A DNA stretch of 64,000 nt, from the NCBI GenBank assembly GCA_950097015.1, contig CATNEN010000038.1, positions 27,466,001-27,530,000 of the forward strand. The letters run 5' to 3'. A program made the position numbers and the translations under genes. Positions 60,961 through 64,000 of the stretch are shown one piece after another; the first letter of the stretch is position 1, and every line of letters begins with the position of its first letter. The notes under the pieces are model-generated. The model made no database searches and had not been told where the DNA came from. It saw only the letters and a list, made by a program, of their open reading frames with translations. Origin of the DNA: Macrostomum hystrix. Lineage: Eukaryota; Animalia; Platyhelminthes.

Positions 60961-61632
60961 AAAGTTCGGTGGATAACCTTGTTTCTAATGATTAAAAATT
61001 AATAATATCATAACATAATTTTGCTGCTCTTAGCGTGTGCGTCAATAGGAACGGTGGCAGCGGAGTTTTCGTTGACTCCGCATTCAGTCTGAAGTGTTCC
61101 AGATTGCTGGCCAGAACAAAATCATGATTGCAATGCTTTGGAGAGAAAGGGGAATGCCTTTTTGTGGCACATTTTCCGCATCAGTACATTGCGTTTAACA
61201 CTGACTAAACCATCTAGCATCACCTTAGTCTGGCTACCCCCATGCACAACTCCCTCATTCAATTCCTATACCTTATTTCCAATGTTTCCTATGTAAAAAA
61301 ATAACGGCCCGTAAGAAGAGGCCGACTTTCGGATGGTGCGATTGGACACTATGCCGATAGGGAATTCGGATAGGTGAGGTGGGCATGGGGGCAGAGAGAG
61401 GGGGGAAGGGTGATGGGGCTGCAGATCCTACACCCCTTACATAATTATATAGAAAGCGTATAGTTGCGCCAGCAGCTATCTTGTGAGCGAACAAGTTCTA
61501 CTCTTTTTGTCCCTCCGACGTCGTCAAAAGATATCGCTTTGCCATACGGCCTGTCAGAGCGATTGGCGTCTAATAATATTTTAACACTTCTGTCTAAGAA
61601 ACTGGCCCAGGTGTAGAGACAAGTGTTAGATA

Positions 61633-61746
61633 ATGGGCAACACCTTAACACAGCGCAAGAAACTGCCCAAAGATGACATGCAGTTTCTAATGGCCAACAC
61701 CAACTTCACTAAGAAGCAGATCAAGCAGTGGTACCGAGGATTCATT
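61633..61746 (+). CDS. Neuronal calcium sensor (NCS-2/neurocalcin-like), first coding exon
   Basis: [38 protein letters not shown]|gtgagt: myristoylation MG start and the NCS T.F....I.QWY.GF motif; later exons are not in this window. Confidence 0.88.
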
Positions 61747-61784
61747 GTGAGTTTGCTTGTGTGACTCAGCACCTAGAGTTGCTT

Positions 61785-63460
61785 TGTAACAGGTAGGGAT
61801 TGTGTCTAACAGGTAGGGATTGTGTCTAACAGGTTGGGATTGTGTCTAACGGGTGGGGATTGTGTCTAACAGGTAGGGATTGTGTCTAACAGGTTGGGAT
61901 TGTGTCTAACGGGTGGGGATTGTGTCTAACAGGTAGGGATTGTGTCTAACGGGTTGGTATTGTGTCTAACAGGTTGGGATTGTGTCTAACGGGTGGGAAT
62001 TGTGTCTAACGGGTGGTGAGCGTGTCTAACGGGTGGTGAGTGTGTCTAACGGGTGGGTATTGTGTCTAACAGGTAGGGATTGTGTCTAACAGGTAGGGAT
62101 TGTGTCTAACAGGTTGGGATTGTGTCTAACGGGTGGGGATTGTGTCTAACAGGTAGGGATTGTGTCTAACGGGTTGGTATTGTGTCTAACAGGTTGGGAT
62201 TGTGTCTAACGGGTGGGAATTGTGTCTAACGGGTGGTGAGCGTGTCTAACGGGTGGTGAGTGTGTCTAACGGGTGGGTATTGTGTCTAACGGGTGGGGAT
62301 TGTGGCTAACAGGTTAGGATTGTGTCTAACGGGTTGGATTGTGTCTAACAGGTTGGGATTGTGTCTAACAGGTTGGGATTGTGTCTAACAGGTGGGGATT
62401 GTGTCTAACGGGTGGTGAGTGTGTCTAACGGGTGGGTATTGTGTCTAACAGGTGGTGAGTGTATCTAACGGGTTGTGAGTGTGTCTAACGGGTGGTGAGT
62501 GTGTCTAACGGGTGGGTATTGTGTCTAACGGGTGGTGAGTGTGTCTAACGGGTGGTGAGTGTGTCTAACGGGTGGGTATTGTGTCTAACGGGTGGGTATT
62601 GTGTCTAACGGGTGGTGAGTGTGTCTAACGGGTGGTGAGTGTGTCTAACGGGTGGTGAGTGTGTCTAACGGGTGGTGAGTGTGTCTAACGGGTGGTGAGT
62701 GTGTCTAACGGGTGGTGAGTGTGTCTAACGGGTGGGAATTGGGTCTAACGGGTGGGAATTGTGTCTAACGGGTGGTGAGTGTGTCTAACGGGTGGGGATT
62801 GTGTCTAACAGGTTGGGATTGTGTCTAACGGGTGGGGATTGTGTCTAACAGGTTAGAATTGTGTCTAACGGGTGGTGAGTGTGTCTAACGGGTGGTGAGT
62901 GTGTCTAACGGGTGGGGATTGTGTCTAACGGGTGGCAATTGTGTCTAACGGGTGGGGATTGTGTCTAACAGGTTGGGATTGTGTCTAACGGGTGGGGATT
63001 GTGTCTAACGGGTGGCAATTGTGTCTAACGGGTGGGGATTGTGTCTAACAGGTTGGGATTGTGTCTAACGGGTGGGGATTGTGTCTAACAGGTTGGGATT
63101 GTGTCTAACGGGTGGTAAGTGTGTCTAACGGGTGTTGAGTGTGTCTAACGGGTGGGAATTGGGTCTAACGGGTGGGAATTGTGTCTAACGGGTGGTGAGT
63201 GTGTCTTACGGGTGGGGATTGTGTCTAACAGGTTGGGATTGTGTCTAACGGGTGGGGATTGTGTCTAACAGGTTAGAATTGTGTCTAACGGGTGGTGAGT
63301 GTGTCTAACGGGTGGTGAGTGTGTCTAACGGGTGGGGATTGTGTCTAACGGGTGGCAATTGTGTCTAACGGGTGGGGATTGTGTCTAACAGGTTGGGATT
63401 GTGTCTAACGGGTGGGGATTGTGTCTAACAGGTTGGGATTGTGTCTAACGGGTGGGGATT
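61785..63460. repeat. 20-bp intronic minisatellite (TGTGTCTAAC(A/G)GGTNGNGA(T/G))n
   Basis: About 84 units with duplicated higher-order blocks of variants. Confidence 0.97.
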
Positions 63461-64000
63461 GTTGTCTGAAAAGTGATAGTGGACAGTCTAACGGGTGGAA
63501 ACTTGCTGTCTGAAAAGTGATAGTGGGCAGTCTAACGGGTGGAAACTTGCTGTCTGAAAAGTGACAGTGGGCAGTCAAACGGGTGGAAACTTGCTGTCTG
63601 AAAAGTGATAGTGGGCAGTCTAACGGGTGGAAACTTGCTGTCTGAAAAGTGACAGTGGGCAGTCTAACGGGTGGAAACTTGCTGTCTGAAAAGTGATAGT
63701 GGGCAGTCTAACGGGTGGAAACTTGCTGTCTGAAAAGTGATAGTGGGCAGTCTAACGGGTGGAAACTTGCTGTCTGAAAAGTGACAGTGGGCAGTCTAAC
63801 GGGTGGAAACTTGCTGTCTGAAAAGTGATAGTGGGCAGTCTAACGGGTGGAAACTTGCTGTCTGAAAAGTGATAGTGGGCAGTCTAACGGGTGGAAACTT
63901 GCTGTCTGAAAAGTGATAGTGGGCAGTCTAACGGTTGGAAACTTGCTGTCTGAAAAGTGATAGTGGGCAGCCTAACAGGTGGAAATTTGCTGTCTGAAAA
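63461..64000. repeat. 44-bp minisatellite (GCTGTCTGAAAAGTGATAGTGGGCAGTCTAACGGGTGGAAACTT)n
   Basis: About 12 units, running to the window end. Confidence 0.96.

Overview
Eukaryotic (invertebrate animal) genomic DNA with GT-AG introns. The dense intronic minisatellites and a two-domain small HSP suggest a free-living flatworm such as Macrostomum; this is an inference only. Host genes in order: three intronless secreted C-type lectin + PAN/apple-like genes and a 3' fragment of a fourth; B4GALT7 (-); a ZDHHC2/15/20-type palmitoyltransferase (-); CRIP1 (-); an 11-exon ERG/KCNH2-type K+ channel (+); a double alpha-crystallin sHSP (+); an intronless ankyrin/6TM TRP-like channel (-); a tetraspanin (+); an LRR type-I membrane protein (+); and exon 1 of a neuronal calcium sensor (+). 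Mobile DNA: a DD34E Tc1 element nested in an IS630-like DD33E element; an apparently intact, intron-containing P element (128-bp TIRs, 8-bp TSD) inserted in the TIR of a second IS630-like element inside ERG intron 1; a decayed Crypton-like tyrosine recombinase; two hAT MITEs; an EnSpm-like MITE; a truncated RTE LINE; two SINE families; and about 12 distinct minisatellites. The main leads are (1) the lectin cluster, with a hypervariable ligand-binding cassette inside homogenised, mosaic frameworks, (2) the young P element, whose intron could switch between transposase and a truncated product, (3) intronic minisatellites built from splice-signal words, and (4) a CCATAGAC motif shared by the termini of unrelated DNA transposons. 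All counts and alignments were done by eye.
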